From assembly GCA_020137815.1 (NCBI GenBank), contig CM035351.1:1798001-1862000 (forward strand): a stretch of DNA of 64,000 nt, written 5' to 3'. The position numbers and the translations under genes were made by a program. Below the pieces are notes generated by a model. The model was given only the letters and a program-made list of their open reading frames with translations. It was not told where the DNA came from and did no database searches. Below are positions 1 to 12,947 of this stretch, in pieces. The stretch's first letter is position 1. The number at the start of each line of letters is the position of its first letter. The stretch is from Hormiphora californensis (taxonomy: Eukaryota > Animalia > Ctenophora).

Positions 1-350
1 TTTTTCTAGGATTTAACGGTTTACAGTGAGAGAAATAATCAGGGAAAGTTTAAAAAGGAAAGTTAATTCTGTACATTTGTTGATTTGCTATAATAACACA
101 GTTCAGATAAATAGCGAGAAACGACTATGATTCTTATATTAATTCCCCAATATAATAATATCTGCTCAAGTCTGAATCTCTCTATAAGATCAATGAGATC
201 ATGTGTATTTATAGAGCTGACAGATTGGCTTCACATGCACACCTCGAGAATGGTGCAATCAGTTTAACTTTACGAGCGATTTGTTGAATTTGGGAAGAGC
301 ATCTCTCACTCGACCGGGGCTAAGGGAATGAGTTAAGTTGTCAGTGCATG

Positions 351-1768
351 TCAGAGATGATTTGATAAAATATCTGTCTGGCGCCGCCAGACAGTAAAAT
401 AGTACCTTGTTTTAGAAATTCCCTCGGAAGTGAATCCCCGGAATAAGCCATGCTCTGCTGGTTCTTCAAGATTAGCGGCCGTTTGGGAGCGAGTATTGAC
501 CGGCTTGAAACGACTGAAAGGAACGGAATTTAAGTCAGAAAATAGTATAACACTCAAACTAAGTTAATTCATCCCCACATGAGTATGCATGGTTATTGTG
601 TAATGTGTCTACCTGACGAGTAGCTTATCCCTGACTTCTAAATGGTTGAATCTTCTAAGATCCTTGAGGTCTCTGTCTATCATTTTGAGTGGTATCTGGG
701 GGTCTAGGGATATCTTTGGTAGGAAGGCACCCCGGGGCAGACGACGGAACTTCTTGATATTGATATCTTCGTTATCCACGTCCTGGGAGTGGGAGTTAGA
801 AAGCAGGAATTGGGGAGTTAGGGAGTTAAAGATTGGACTATTGGAGTACATTGTTAGGTGCAGTGGCCAGTATAGGGCTGTTTTGAAAGGTTGTCACTTG
901 TCAGAGCATTGTCCTGACAGTGTTAGGCTTATCCAGGGAGTAATTAGTGAACCCTAATGGTGTCGCACGAAGTAGTTTTAGTTATACCTGCATTAGGCGA
1001 AGGAGGGAGTTTTTGAGGCAGTTGATATCTTCAGTTGACCTGATAAGATTATTCATTTCGTGATCAGGTAGCATCATGATGTTCCTTTGCACTACCTTCC
1101 TCTCCTTCCTATACCCCTCTATACTCTCCTCTAGTTGCTCCATCTCCTTCTGGAAACAATTCGATCGGGCCTGCAGCAGGGAGGAGGAAGTTGTTGTTGT
1201 TCAGTTGTATTAGAGAGGGAGAGAAAGAAGAGTCGCGTGAAAGAGAGGGAGAGAGAGAGAGAAAGAAGAGAGGGAGAGAGATGGTGTGTGTAGCTTGACT
1301 TGGTGTATTATATAAATTATAAAGTGACGTGTGGCCATTGTCTCGGGTTCTTCTACTGTCCATTGTAAGCTATGTACCTACGTAAGCTACCTACGTCCAA
1401 CAATCTTGAACTATAAGAGGGAGGGAGTGTAGCAGTTAATATTGTAGCTAGCTAGAGCTTGGGTTGATCTACCGAACCCTCTCAAGTAAAATGCGGGAGC
1501 TTGCGAGGAACAAAGAAAGCCCCTACATGGTCACTATATTCACTAACAATTGAACTACTCATACAGATGAGAAATACTTCCCCCTTACTCAACAAAGAAA
1601 TACATGATCAGATGAGCACTACACCTTTCTCTCATTGTCTAGGACACGAAACTGGAAGTCCAACTGATGCATCACTCGCATGTTCTTCTGTCTCACTCTC
1701 TTCATGTTCCTGAAACTCTGTTCCTGCATCCTCCGACGGGCCTTCAGCCGCTCACCAAAGGAAGACAT
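351..1768 (-). CDS. Uncharacterised 4-exon protein (~219 aa), N-terminal half predicted coiled-coil
   Basis: Phase-consistent GT-AG exons 1768-1625, 1170-988, 782-613, 513-351 join to MSSFGERLKARRRMQEQ...DNERK|ARSNCFQKEMEQLEESIEGYRKERK...LRLMQ|DVDNEDINIKK...|..RFKPVNTRS...NHL*. No recognised domain. The last exon could instead splice on at an internal donor. Confidence 0.65.
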
Positions 1769-2696
1769 AGTGTGGTGGACGGTTAGCAAAAGAAAACGAG
1801 ATAGATTTAATGAGCTCTTGTGAATTGACCTCCTGCGTAGACTGAAAGAGAGGGAGAGAGACATTCCACAGCTTCTTTCTAATCACCGGCAGTTCACATT
1901 GACACACACTCATTGTACTGGCACATTAGGTTGCTCTGGAAACCGCTAAAAAGTGTGATTGTGTACTTGTGGCTACCTGTATGGCGCAGCAGAGCCCATC
2001 TAAGCGCAATCAAATCGGGGTCAGGTGGCTGCAGGTATTTTACCAGTCACCAGACGGTCATTGTTGTTCTGTTTCATCCACTCTCATGCCCCAATGGCTC
2101 TCCCCTCTGTGTGTGTTAACACACTCCGACACGCTGCCCAACACCTGGAGACTGTTCCCTCCGTGCCACTCCACAGCTCCTTTCAAGGTGGCCCCTGCCG
2201 CCGCCCGATCTCGCTGCGCGCAAGCAAGATCGCGCGCCCAACCCTACTTGTGTGTCACCGCGGGTTCCGTCTATTTGGATCTGTACTTTTTGTTGAAAAG
2301 GAAATAAAGGACACAGTCTCTCTGGGACAGCGTTTTTCTCTCTCTGTGTGGCGAGGAAGCTTTTTAGCAAGGAAGTTCCAACCGTGTACAAGACAAACAC
2401 TGCTCCATCTTCTTCTATTTCACTTCTCATCTCTCTCTTTCAGAAAGTCTTTCTCTCTCTCTCTGCTCGAATGTGAGAAAGGTGGGGAGAAGTGTTTTGC
2501 TTTTAATTGGGAGAGGAAGTACTGTGTATTGTTGGATGGTAATCGAGTCACACTCCCTCCCTCCTTACACAGTGTCTGGGTGAGTGGGTGGCTGTGCGGC
2601 CCACAGAGAGAGTGATACTTCTATCCGGGAACAAATTAGAATTGGGCACGATCTCATTGTTTGGAATTAAACGTTAAATATTTAATATACAAACCA

Positions 2697-3004
2697 CAGG
2701 GGTGTAGGAATGATTTTTCAAGTGAGGGGGCGAAGTCACGTGACCAACTACAGCGCTGGCCAGCGCCCAAGAAAATTTTTTGTGAGCAAGATTTAGCCAC
2801 CTATTCCATTGCATTTACTATACATCGGGCGGAGCGACAGCGGAGCCCGAGAAAATTTTTAGGATTTTGAGCCAAAAAGTCATGATTTCGTCATTTGGGA
2901 GTGAGTGTTGACTGTTGACTGTTGGCGACAAAAGTGAGGGGGCGAACCTGGCCAAAAGTGGGGGGGCGGCCGCCCCCCTCGCCCCCCCTATTCCTACACC
3001 CCTG
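2697..3004. mobile_element. hAT-type MITE (308 bp)
   Basis: 15-bp TIR caggggtgtaggaat/attcctacacccctg, flanked by a perfect 8-bp TSD acaaacca. Internal motif gggcggagcga.agcggagcccg recurs near 58864. Confidence 0.85.
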
Positions 3005-3464
3005 ACAAACCACTAAAACACACAGAAAATAATAAATCTGATAAATAGCAAATTTCTCTCACTCCTTTATTTGGTGTATAGTAAATACGATTTCCTTTTC
3101 TTTACCCAATAAAATAGTTCACATTTGTAAATATACTTCAAAGATTTCTCAAGGCCAGCTCAACACATCAAGTATGTACATCACACACTCATCATTTCTC
3201 TCTTATTTTCTCTATCTTTTTCTCATCTAACACCTTCTAACTCCGCCTAACTCTCTTTTTGCGTGCATGTATGAGAAGCTATGGAAACGAAAAACTATAA
3301 CGCAGAAAGACAGTCTCTCTCTCCTTGTTTCGCTGGAAGAGTGTGTGTAATTCTATTACAAACGAGTGTCCTGTTCTAGGTCTGGGTATAGACGGACATC
3401 TCGGGTCTTTCCCCCACTTGGAGTCCGAATCTGAAACGAGGGGGTGTTAGAGAAATTATAATTA

Positions 3465-3720
3465 TCATGCACAACTTCCACATGATTCCAATCCTAAATC
3501 CGCGCTTTCTGTCCCGTCACAAACTCATCAGCTGCAAGCACAGTGTGCAGTGTCAACTGTCAGAGGGATATTGAGTTAAGACGGAGGATCTTACACACTC
3601 ATTTGGAGTACACTGTGTGTCTGGATGTACTACATTAACACAAGGCTAGGAACACTCATGGGTAGTTTAAATGGGCAGCAAAGCGCGAATTTAGAATAGA
3701 ATCATGTGAACATTGCAATA
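3465..3720. repeat. Degenerate inverted repeat / old MITE downstream of ADAM17
   Basis: cacatgattccaatcctaaatccgcgctttctgtccc (~3479-3516) is an imperfect reverse complement of gggcagcaaagcgcgaatttagaatagaatcatgtg (~3673-3708). Confidence 0.5.
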
Positions 3721-4065
3721 TAAAATCCTGGTGAGAGAGAACGTGAAAAGCAAACGTTCACAAATAAAATATGAGAGCGTAGATCAACAGCTAATAGGAT
3801 GACGGGTTATAAATTTTCACACACAAAAGTATAAACTATGCTTCAACCACAATATTTAACATAAAGCCCCGTGTTTCATGCAACATTAATTTAACACGCT
3901 TGATTCTCTTACTTATGCTTCAATACATTTAATTTCTTTTTAAACGGTCGTTGAAGTCTCATCTAGCAACTTTTTCCTGTCTTCCTTCTGGGAAATTGGT
4001 GAATAACGACTAACGTGGGATGCGTCTCTCTCTACCTTGTCAGTCTGTCAGTCAGTCTGTCTGTC

Positions 4066-7000
4066 TCATACAGTGGATGTTATGTCTGTCATTTTGTCCG
4101 GATTTAGAGCTCGTCCCTCTTCGAACTACAAATGTTACAAAGGAATTACAAATGCTAAGAGGGTTACAAAGAGTTGAACAGTCATTTTCTATTTCATTAC
4201 ATAAACATCTCCATCATTCTACCATACTGAACAATTTACCTGTTTCTCTCCATCACTTGAACCCAGAATATCATCCAATACCCCCAGATCGTACTTATCA
4301 TCCAACCAGTCCACGAAGATTGAGATAGGGATCCAGAATATACTGGAATTTTAGAGTGTGTGTAAAATCAGATGTAGCTACTCAGAGTTACATTTGAGTA
4401 AAAACTGAAGAATAGAAGCTATTCCGTCAATTTCTCAAAAATATTGTAACGTGTAAAAACTTGAAACTGATGGTAACCACGGTAACGCACACACCTGGTA
4501 ACCATGGTAACACACATACCTGGTAAATATGATGATTGTAAAGACAATATTGTTCTTGAACCACCTCAACACCATATTAACATCAATCTCGTCCATGAGT
4601 TCCCAAATCCTCTCCTGTATGTCCTGGGCTCCAATCTCACAGACACCCACGTAGCAGTGTCCATTACCACACAGCTTACCATCGGTGAGGTTACCAACAG
4701 AAACAGAATTTTCCTTCAGTGGCTCACAAGTTGAATTAACGGTGTCCTGGCAGCAAATCTTACACTGCATAGGGGGATGGGCTGTCAGTATATAGTAATC
4801 ATGTAGATTGTAGAGTGCAATAGTAACCCTGTCATCACACACAGCATACACATCAATTACAGTATTATACTTCTCACAAGTTCGACTAACAACCCTCTAC
4901 TAGTCGCGATAGTTCAATAGGGTTCCCCGACACTCCCCTAGAAGAAGAAGAACCATATAATACTTACAATATCCTCTGCACCGCTACATAGACACGCTAT
5001 CTTATTCTTCTGTTCGCACTTATCCTTGCATTCGCCCCCGGTACACTTTCCATTGTCGTAGCAGGGTGCATTGTCAACAAAATCACCCTTTTTGTTACAC
5101 TGCCTGGATAGGGGATACAATTAGAAACAAAAGGGGCCGGGTTTGTTATGTTTTAAACCTCCTTAGCGGCAAGGGTTCTAACTTCTAACCCTCCTTTATA
5201 TTATAAATATAAATAATATATAAAATATTTATATTTGTAAAAAGGTAACAGTTAACTTACCCGTCAGCACTGCACTTCATAGTTTCAACGCAGTCTCGAC
5301 TCAGGGTTGTATTGATATTTTCTAGGCATATAGTGCCTTCTGCCTGTAGCTGACATGATACACAGCATTTCGAATCTGAGTTGACAGGCTGGAGGAAGAG
5401 AGATATATGTGAGATTGAGAGTTATTGAGAAATATGATAGGTGGTCACTGGTCGGATAGACTGTGAGGAGGTGTGGGATTCGAATTACGCAAAATAAAAT
5501 GACAGTGTGAGCCACACAAGAATTATGATAAGTTTATAATAATTTGTGGGTATATCTGCACTGTCTCACCTCACAAGTAGATCCAGAGGTGAACTGGCAG
5601 TTAACACAGCAGTCAGTATCCTCCCCAGCATCACATTCCTCTCCCTCCTCCACGTAACCATTGTTACACACAGCAGCAGTGGCAGAGACAAAACATAGAT
5701 CTGACTTGGCTACCAGCACCTGGAAAAATTGGGTATGATATACCCCTCTGTTTCTTTCCCTCCTGCGCTGTACAGTGTACTCTCTCATGATATCGCGTGT
5801 GCTACGTCTAATAGTTCGGGTCAGTGAAAAAAGAAAGAGGGTACACGGTGCCCTACTGGAAAAAGAGTGTTGGCTCGTGCTGTTCATGTAATAAAGATTG
5901 AAGAGAGATGTAATTTGATATTACTTTGGAATAGAATAGTTCGTGAGGTGTTACCAGCCGACAAATCTTGTTAATCGACTACATAGTATATATTGAAATG
6001 CTGAGGTACAAAATAATAGTTTCAATTCTAACCCAACTCAAACAAAGAAAACACGAGTAACTCACATCATTGATGGCCTGTTTGGAACAAGGTGAGAACT
6101 TGTTGTTATTTCCCTGAGACCCATCCACGGCGGCTGGGAACATCAGGTATCTGTCATTGTTAGGAGCACACTCCTCACTCGTATCAGAATCATGGGAACT
6201 TCCCCAGTTATGCCCGAACTCGTGACCTAAAAAAAGGGAGAGGGTACTGGTAATGGTAGTGGACTAAAATCTAATGCGTTTCAAAATCGGAAACTACTGC
6301 CAGGCAAAAGTGAACAGCATTTGGTAAGTGGTTTGTTGCACGATGGTTCCATGTGTCAACATGTCACTTGTCTGGTTTCTACAGACATAACACTTTTCCT
6401 GATTCCCACCTTCATATGCAAACATATCTGATATATATTCAGTACCTAAAGGGCTCTACGACTGTCTATCTCTACTTCTTTCTACTCAGTACTCCATATC
6501 ATATTGAGTATCGGCCTGTACCTATTCTTATGATCTTATAATCTATACCAACCTGTAACGTAGATAAGCTCTGAGGTCAGGAGAGATCTCCCATAGTTCT
6601 GACATGTAGTGAGACCCACATTGAGATACCGAGTCTGGCCCGTGCCATCCTTGTACGTCTTGGTGCACACACCACCGACCCTGTTCATGGCTGAAGAAGC
6701 CACGTAGGCCAATCCGAGGACACCGCCACTAAAATCGTAGTTTGTAAAGAGATGGGCCAAACAGTGATCATCCCATTTACCGTAAGCAAAGCTTTTCAGC
6801 AGAGCAGACACTCCGGGATAATCGTTTTCATTAGTGGGTGTGTGTTTGTAGGAACTGGTGTCATCAGGATAAGATTGGGTCATAATGACCTCAATTTTCT
6901 GGATCAGGAACCCATAATCCTTCCATTCCTCGCCACCATCAGGGTCCATGGACTGTGTCTGGTACATGGGATCCACCTGCTGGATGATACCAATCATGTA

Positions 7001-7729
7001 CTCCACGGCAGCGGACTCTTGCCCATCATTCACCTCTGAATAGAACTTGTAATCACCGATAAGGGCCAGCCCACACCTGTTCTTCACATCCTCATCGCTA
7101 GCCCTCCGTTTCCTGTAGTGGATATAATCTCCCTGCTGCTGATTGTCCTTCTTAGGGGGGACAGAGAACATGAATTGGTTAGCATCCACCTTCTCGTCAG
7201 TATGGGACTCGTGCCCACAGAAGTGGCCTCCATCGGATCCGGTGATGTTAAACTTTACATCGGTATGCTTGTAGGATATCATATGGAAATCATGTGGCTC
7301 TTTGACATGTCGGTGGGATGGCTCGATGTAGTATTTGTCTCCCTCCGCAGTGAGGATGGTTCCAGTAACAACGTTCTCCTTGAGATGGATCAGGACTCTG
7401 CTATCGGGCTCGTTCATCAGCTCACCCTCCAGCCACTCGTTTTTATCGATTGTCACCTTCTTGAGCCCCTCATCAGTCCTATGATGAACCTCAAGATCAG
7501 GGTGAAACAGGGCAAAATGGGGCCGGAGTGAGGCGTGGAAAACCTTCCCAGGCATCTCGATACGAACGTAGAAAAGTGCAGCTGAGGGACTGGTGGAGTT
7601 TGAAACGCTTCCAATGAAAATATGTTCCTTGGCTAGCTCATCGAAGTCGTGGAGGAACATCCCCAGTTTCTCACGGTAGTCGCCATAACTGGCAACTACC
7701 AGTGCGAAGAGACACAGCAGCGTCTTCAT
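4066..7729 (-). CDS. ADAM17: ADAM17/TACE-like metalloprotease (~719 aa, 8 exons)
   Basis: Exons 7729-6553, 6226-6066, 5719-5570, 5388-5261, 5103-4968, 4764-4520, 4342-4240, 4125-4066 total 2160 nt in frame. Signal peptide MKTLLCLFALVVASYG, Cys-switch HFCGH, furin site RKRR, CLAHLFTNYDFSGGVLGLAYVA, zinc motif HEFGHNWGSSHD, disintegrin CNNGYVEEGEECD, ADAM17-type CANDIS/TM segment QDIQERIWELMD...NNIVF...IFWIP. Confidence 0.95.
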
Positions 7730-7908
7730 CTGCCTAAAAGGTTGGTTTATCGGTTTAATTACCTTCATATGCATTGTATCAGCAATAAACATTTAATATA
7801 CCGCTTTATAGCATATTGGTAAGATAATTATCTTAAATTTATCTAAAAACTAATTGATCGTCTGAAGATTGGTTTACCCATGATTCATGGGCCATGAAAC
7901 GTTCGTAA

Positions 7909-8824
7909 GGGGAAACTCTAACTGAATGGCATCCCATTAATGGGATCCCATCAACAGTAAAACTCTAACTGATAATGGACCACAGTGATGGTTCTTTCTC
8001 TGTATTCTCTCTGTGTGCGTGCCCGTGCCCGGGCATGCCCTATAGTTCTTTCTCTGTATTCTCTCTGTAGGCAGTACACAGGGACGGCGCTCGTGGGTGT
8101 CCGGGTGTCCGCGGACACCCAGACCAAAAAGACGGAGAGAGAAAAGAAGAAAAAATGGAAAAAAACAAAAAGAATTTGAAAAAAAATCGGTGAAAACTGC
8201 GAAAATTTGGATTTGCGCGCAGCCGGGTGTCCGGAGCTCTGTCGGACACCCAGGTTCACTGCGCGCACCTGTAACGCACGGCAGAGCATAAAGAGGGTTC
8301 TTCCGCGCGCCACAGTGCATTTTGACATGACCAGGGTGTCCGGTTCACCCAGAAAGTTGTGTGCACGCAGATGAGTTTTTTTCTTGTGATCAGAAAACTT
8401 TCATCTTTTTTCCATTTTTCACAAAAGGAGTTCACTGTTCAGAAATGCTTAAAATCGTTTAAAAACGCCTCAAAATGTCCGAAATTTTCGGGGGGCTTCG
8501 CCCCCTCAACCCCCACCGGGGCTTGCAGCCCCTGGACCCTGCCTGCGGGGGCTCTGCTCCCTACACCCCCGCCGGGGCTGCGCCCCTGGACCCTGCTTGT
8601 GGGGGGTGAAGCCCCCCACACCCCCTGACCGAGGCTACCGCCCCTGGCCCCGGACACCCAGGGACTTGCTGGGCCGAAGGCCCAGCGCCGTCCCTGGCAG
8701 TACATAGATGTACTGCCTACAGAGAGAATACAGAGAAAGAACCATCACTGTGGTCCATTATCAGTTAGAGTTTTACTGTTGATGGGATCCCATTAATGGG
8801 ATGCCATTCAGTTAGAGTTTCCCC
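7909..8824. mobile_element. PIF/Harbinger (Tourist)-type MITE with ~100-bp TIRs
   Basis: ggggaaactctaactgaatggcatccc... and ...gggatgccattcagttagagtttcccc, with a TAA target duplication on both sides. Confidence 0.85.
8079..8696. mobile_element. hAT-type MITE nested inside the 7909-8824 element
   Basis: TIR cagggacggcgct/agcgccgtccctg, with a perfect 8-bp TSD gcagtaca at 8071-8078 and 8697-8704. Confidence 0.85.
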
Positions 8825-9231
8825 TAACACAGAAAATTCGTTTTCTTTGGTTTTCGCGTAAAAACTAATTGAAATCATTTGGTCGAAAAGGTGGCATACT
8901 AATCATATATTCCATGACAAGTGGTGTACACTCTACAGCCATTACGGTTTACAAACCCGCAACTGTGGTGTTTTTATTAGTTGATTTTATTTGTTTCGCT
9001 CTCTTTAGCTGAGATAAAGCGCGTTAGCTCAAATCGCTCGAAATGGACTTTAGACTCTACCCAAATAACACACTTGGAACAGTTTAGAAAACTGACTTTG
9101 GCTACAGACCGGCGACGCGGGATAAGTCTTAAGACTTAAGGCAGAAAAAAGAAAGACAAAATTTGGCAAAAACGACGAAAAAAAGATAATTTTGCCAAAA
9201 AAACCCAGACCGAAATCGTAGCGCGCGTCTA

Positions 9232-10156
9232 CGGTGGCAGATTCCGGCCAAGAGTTTTTTCAATCAAGTGAAATATTTTTGTTTGAAGTTTTATAAAAAT
9301 TTTATTTCAAAATAAAAATAAACATGTCGTTAAAATTATTGGCCGGAATCTGCCACGCGAGTGGCAGATCTCGGCCAAAATTCTAAAAAAACCTTGGCCA
9401 GAATCTGCCAACCACGTGGCAGATTCCGGCCAACAAACTAAAACTTACTTATATCAAAGCGAAAACCGCTGTACCCGACTAATTTTGATACGCTGAATCA
9501 CGTAAGCAACTTTTCCAATCCCTCAGAGGTCGGGAAAGTGTCCTAATTGAGCATAATAGGGTCTAATTAACCCCACTTACAACTTTTCACCTGAAAACGA
9601 TAGACGCTTATGTGAAGGCACTTTTCCGACTAATTTGATACGCTGAATCACGTAAGCAACTTTTCCAAGCCCTCCGAGGTCGGGAATTTGGCCTAATTAA
9701 GTATAATTAGGTCTAATTGGCCTTAATTTCTCAATTAGGGCACTTTCCCGACCTCGGGGGGGGGGGGGGGGGCTTTGAAAAATAGCTTACGTGATTCAGC
9801 TTATCAAAATTAGTCGGAAAAGTGCCTTCACATAAGCGTCTATCGTTTCCAGGTGAAAAGTTGTAAGTGGGGTCAATTAGACCCTATTATGCTCAATTAG
9901 GACACTTTCCCGACCTCTGAGGGATTGGAAAAGTTGCTTACGTGATTCAGAGTATCAAAATTAGTCGGGTATAGCGGTTTTCGCTTTGATATAAGTAAGT
10001 TTCAGTTTGTTGGCCGAGATCTGCCACTAGCGTGGCAGATTCCGGCCAATAATTTTAAGGACATGTTTATTTTTATTTTGAAATAAATTTTTTATAAAAC
10101 TTCAAGCAAAAACATTTCACTTGACTAAAAAAACACTTGGCCGGAATCTGCCACCG
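9232..10156. mobile_element. Fold-back (near-fully palindromic) MITE with TA TSD, Tc1/mariner-type
   Basis: ta|cggtggcagattccggccaa...ttggccggaatctgccaccg|ta. Arms of ~450 bp with internal repeats of gtggcagattccggccaa and tttgatacgctgaatcacgtaagc. Confidence 0.85.
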
Positions 10157-10727
10157 TACGCGTCTTTAATTCAGCAGCGCTTTTTTTAATTTTTTTCGCG
10201 CGTTCCATTTTGCGCGTAATTTGGCGTCGCAGTTTTGGTTTTCTCATAATTAAACTCGTTCAAAAATAAAAAATAAAAATTTCCGCTTCCTCAAAAATTT
10301 CGAAAATCATCGCAAGATTTGTGACTCCGCGGTCTTGACTCTTGACTGGCGTCGCGTCGGGCCTGTACTGGCACATAGGCCAAAGTTTGGCCGCCAAAGT
10401 TTGGCCGCCAAACTACTGGTGAATTTCGCTTTTCCTCACCCATTTTTCCGCGACCAATTCCAGTCATAAATCCCACTCCTTTTGGTTGGGGGCCAGTCAT
10501 CGACGGTCGCGGCTGAAAGCTGTCAAGCCTCTTTCAAGAGCGAGCGGTAGTTGAGTATCACGATTCGGGATAGTTGGAAAACAGCTTTTTGAGCACAGAT
10601 TGTGAGCAGTTGATAGTTGTACTTAAGGGCGGCAGGGTCCATATTTCCTCTAAAACAGAACGATTCTCAGTTCTCTAGCTGCAGAGGGTTAAATTGACCG
10701 GTTAATGCACTCTAGTTTGAACTCGAA

Positions 10728-12521
10728 ATGGGATGGTTTCTTTTCGCAGTATTTGCTTTCATTGTGTTCTACAATTTACCTACCTTCTTGAACTTTCTAT
10801 GGAGACAAAACTTTAAAAAGGTTAGTTGATTTGCTCGGTGGTCACGGCGTGCCCGGGAGTAGTCTAACATATTTTAGATCAAAACTTCCTATTTCGGGTT
10901 GTTATAGACGTTAGGCATGCTCTTAAAGATAGTAACTTGAGACTTTTTCAGCTGGCAGCTGGTAAAGATCTAACCGTTTTTATTGTTGGTGCTGGATTCA
11001 GTGGCATTGGTCTCGCTCATACATTTAAGGAGCTTGGTATAAAGTATGTAGAAAGGATACATGGATTTCATCTTGAAATAGTTATCCACCGGTATTATAA
11101 CGCAATAAATCCACAGGTATTATATTGTCGAAAAGAGGGATGAGGTCGGTGGTACCTGGTTTGATAACCATTATCCCGGTGTTGGGTGTGATGTAAAGAG
11201 TCATCTTTACAGCTTCTCTCGACTCCTAAACCCCAACTGGTCCCAAGCGTACAGCGAAGGTCCTGAGATTCTGGAATATCTGAAAGGACTAGCTAAGCCC
11301 ATTAGAGATAACATCAAGTTTAGTACAACGGTAGTGAGTGCTACGTGGAAGGAAGATCTGAACAAGTGGGAGATTTATCTCGATGACGGATCACGTGTAT
11401 TTGCTGATGTCATAGTTAGTGGCGCTGGACTTTTAAACAAACCGAAATATGCAAAGTTTCTGGATGCAGAGAAATTTAAGGGGGTCACATTTCATACTAA
11501 CCGGTGGAATCACGATTGTGATTTGAAGGGGAAGAAAGTTGGAATAATTGGTACGGGGGCGACCGCTGTCCAGGCAATTCCACGTGTCGCTGGGATGGAA
11601 GTTGAGAAATTAGTTGTCTTCCAGAGGTCCCCATCGTGGATTCCAGATCGCCAGAACTACCACTATCCAACATGGGCTAAAGCAATGTTTAGGTGGTGTC
11701 CAATGGTCATGACGCTATATCGATATTACATTTTCCTTTTTGGGGAACTGGCATTCTTCATGATATTCAAACTGCCATCTTCAACTCCGATTCTTGGTAA
11801 AATTCACACCTTCGTGGCTTGGCTTGTACACAGGAATGTAACCAAACACACCATGTCCGTTGTTAAAGATCCTGAGACCGCTAAGAAGTTACTACCTGAC
11901 TTTCCCATGGGGTGTAAACGGATAACTCCATCAGACAGTTACCTACAGGCTTATAACAGGGAGAATGTGGTGTTGGAAACTGACAAGATAGAGCGGTTTG
12001 TGGAGGGTGGGATAAAAACAGTATCTGGCACCCAACACGATATGGATGTGATTGTGTATGCTACTGGATTTGATTTGGTTGGTAGTGTGAACTCTTTTGA
12101 GATCAAGGGGAAAGGAGGGAGGAGTCTGGCTGAGGATCACGGTAGTGCACCTCGAGGATTCTACAGTATGACCCATCACCTTTCACCCAACTTCTTCACT
12201 ATGGGTGGCCCTGGCACTGTCATTGGACACAACTCTGTTGTGTTCATGGGTGAGTGTATGATGTCCTACATTCTTGGAGCACTGGAGGAAATACTAAAAC
12301 GGGGAGCAAAGTCTGTGTGTCTGAAGGAGAGTTCAATGTTGGAGTACACTGATTGGACCCAGAGGACCATGAAGAACAAGGTATTTGAGGGGGTCAGGTT
12401 TTGTAGCAGCTGGTACAGGAATGAGGATGGTATCAACTGGACATTCTGGCCTACCCATCTTATTAGCTTCTGGTGGAATACACGGAGGTTTGATTGCGAC
12501 AATTACGATTTTACTTACTGA
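10728..12521 (+). CDS. Type I Baeyer-Villiger / flavin-containing monooxygenase with hydrophobic N-terminus (~529 aa, 3 exons)
   Basis: Exons 10728-10820 (MGWFLFAVFAFIVFYNLPTFLNFLWRQNFKK), 10952-11043, 11117-12521. FAD motif GAGFSG, GGTWFDNHYPGVGCDV..HLYSFS, BVMO fingerprint FKGVTFHTNRW, NADPH motif GTGATA, FQRSPSW, GCKRI, DVIVYATGF. Confidence 0.92.
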
Positions 12522-12947
12522 CTTGGTTACATCTGTAGCTATTGATCTTTAACATAATAATACAAATTTTTAGAATTCTCTCTACTTAGTAAGTACTTAG
12601 TATTGCATGGTCATAGAGCTAGAGTCGGGTTGAATAATTGTAATGCGTTTTTAAATGTTTTTGATATGGTTTTTAGTTTAGATTTGATGACAGAATTGTG
12701 TTAATTTTTAAATGTTTCGGATTCTTTCTTATAACATGCTGTATTTTATTCTTGACAAACATCACAATGTAACTATCAAATATTTTTATAGCGACATAAT
12801 GTCTAAAAAAGATAAAGGATTCACGACGTTGGAAAATATTTCTTATGAAAATGGTGCTGATGGCCTGAGTGAGGTAAGGCACTGACCACCTAAACACTAA
12901 ATCACCCTCCCTCTTTCTAAATATGGCTCATTACCCCATATTTTAGC

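Noticed and set aside
3500-3535. Hammerhead ribozyme core (CTGATGA...GAAA, minus strand); also ctgatga at ~36195
   Set aside because: Stem II closing pair or GAAA is missing, and no consistent flanking stems were found.
6536-7792. ORF-track start at 7792 and C-terminus GWYRL for ADAM17
   Set aside because: The signal peptide begins at ATG 7729 just after an acceptor, and the ORF end runs into an intron at 6552.
9104-10367. Older host transposon around the 9232 palindrome
   Set aside because: Terminal similarity is loose and there is no matching TSD.
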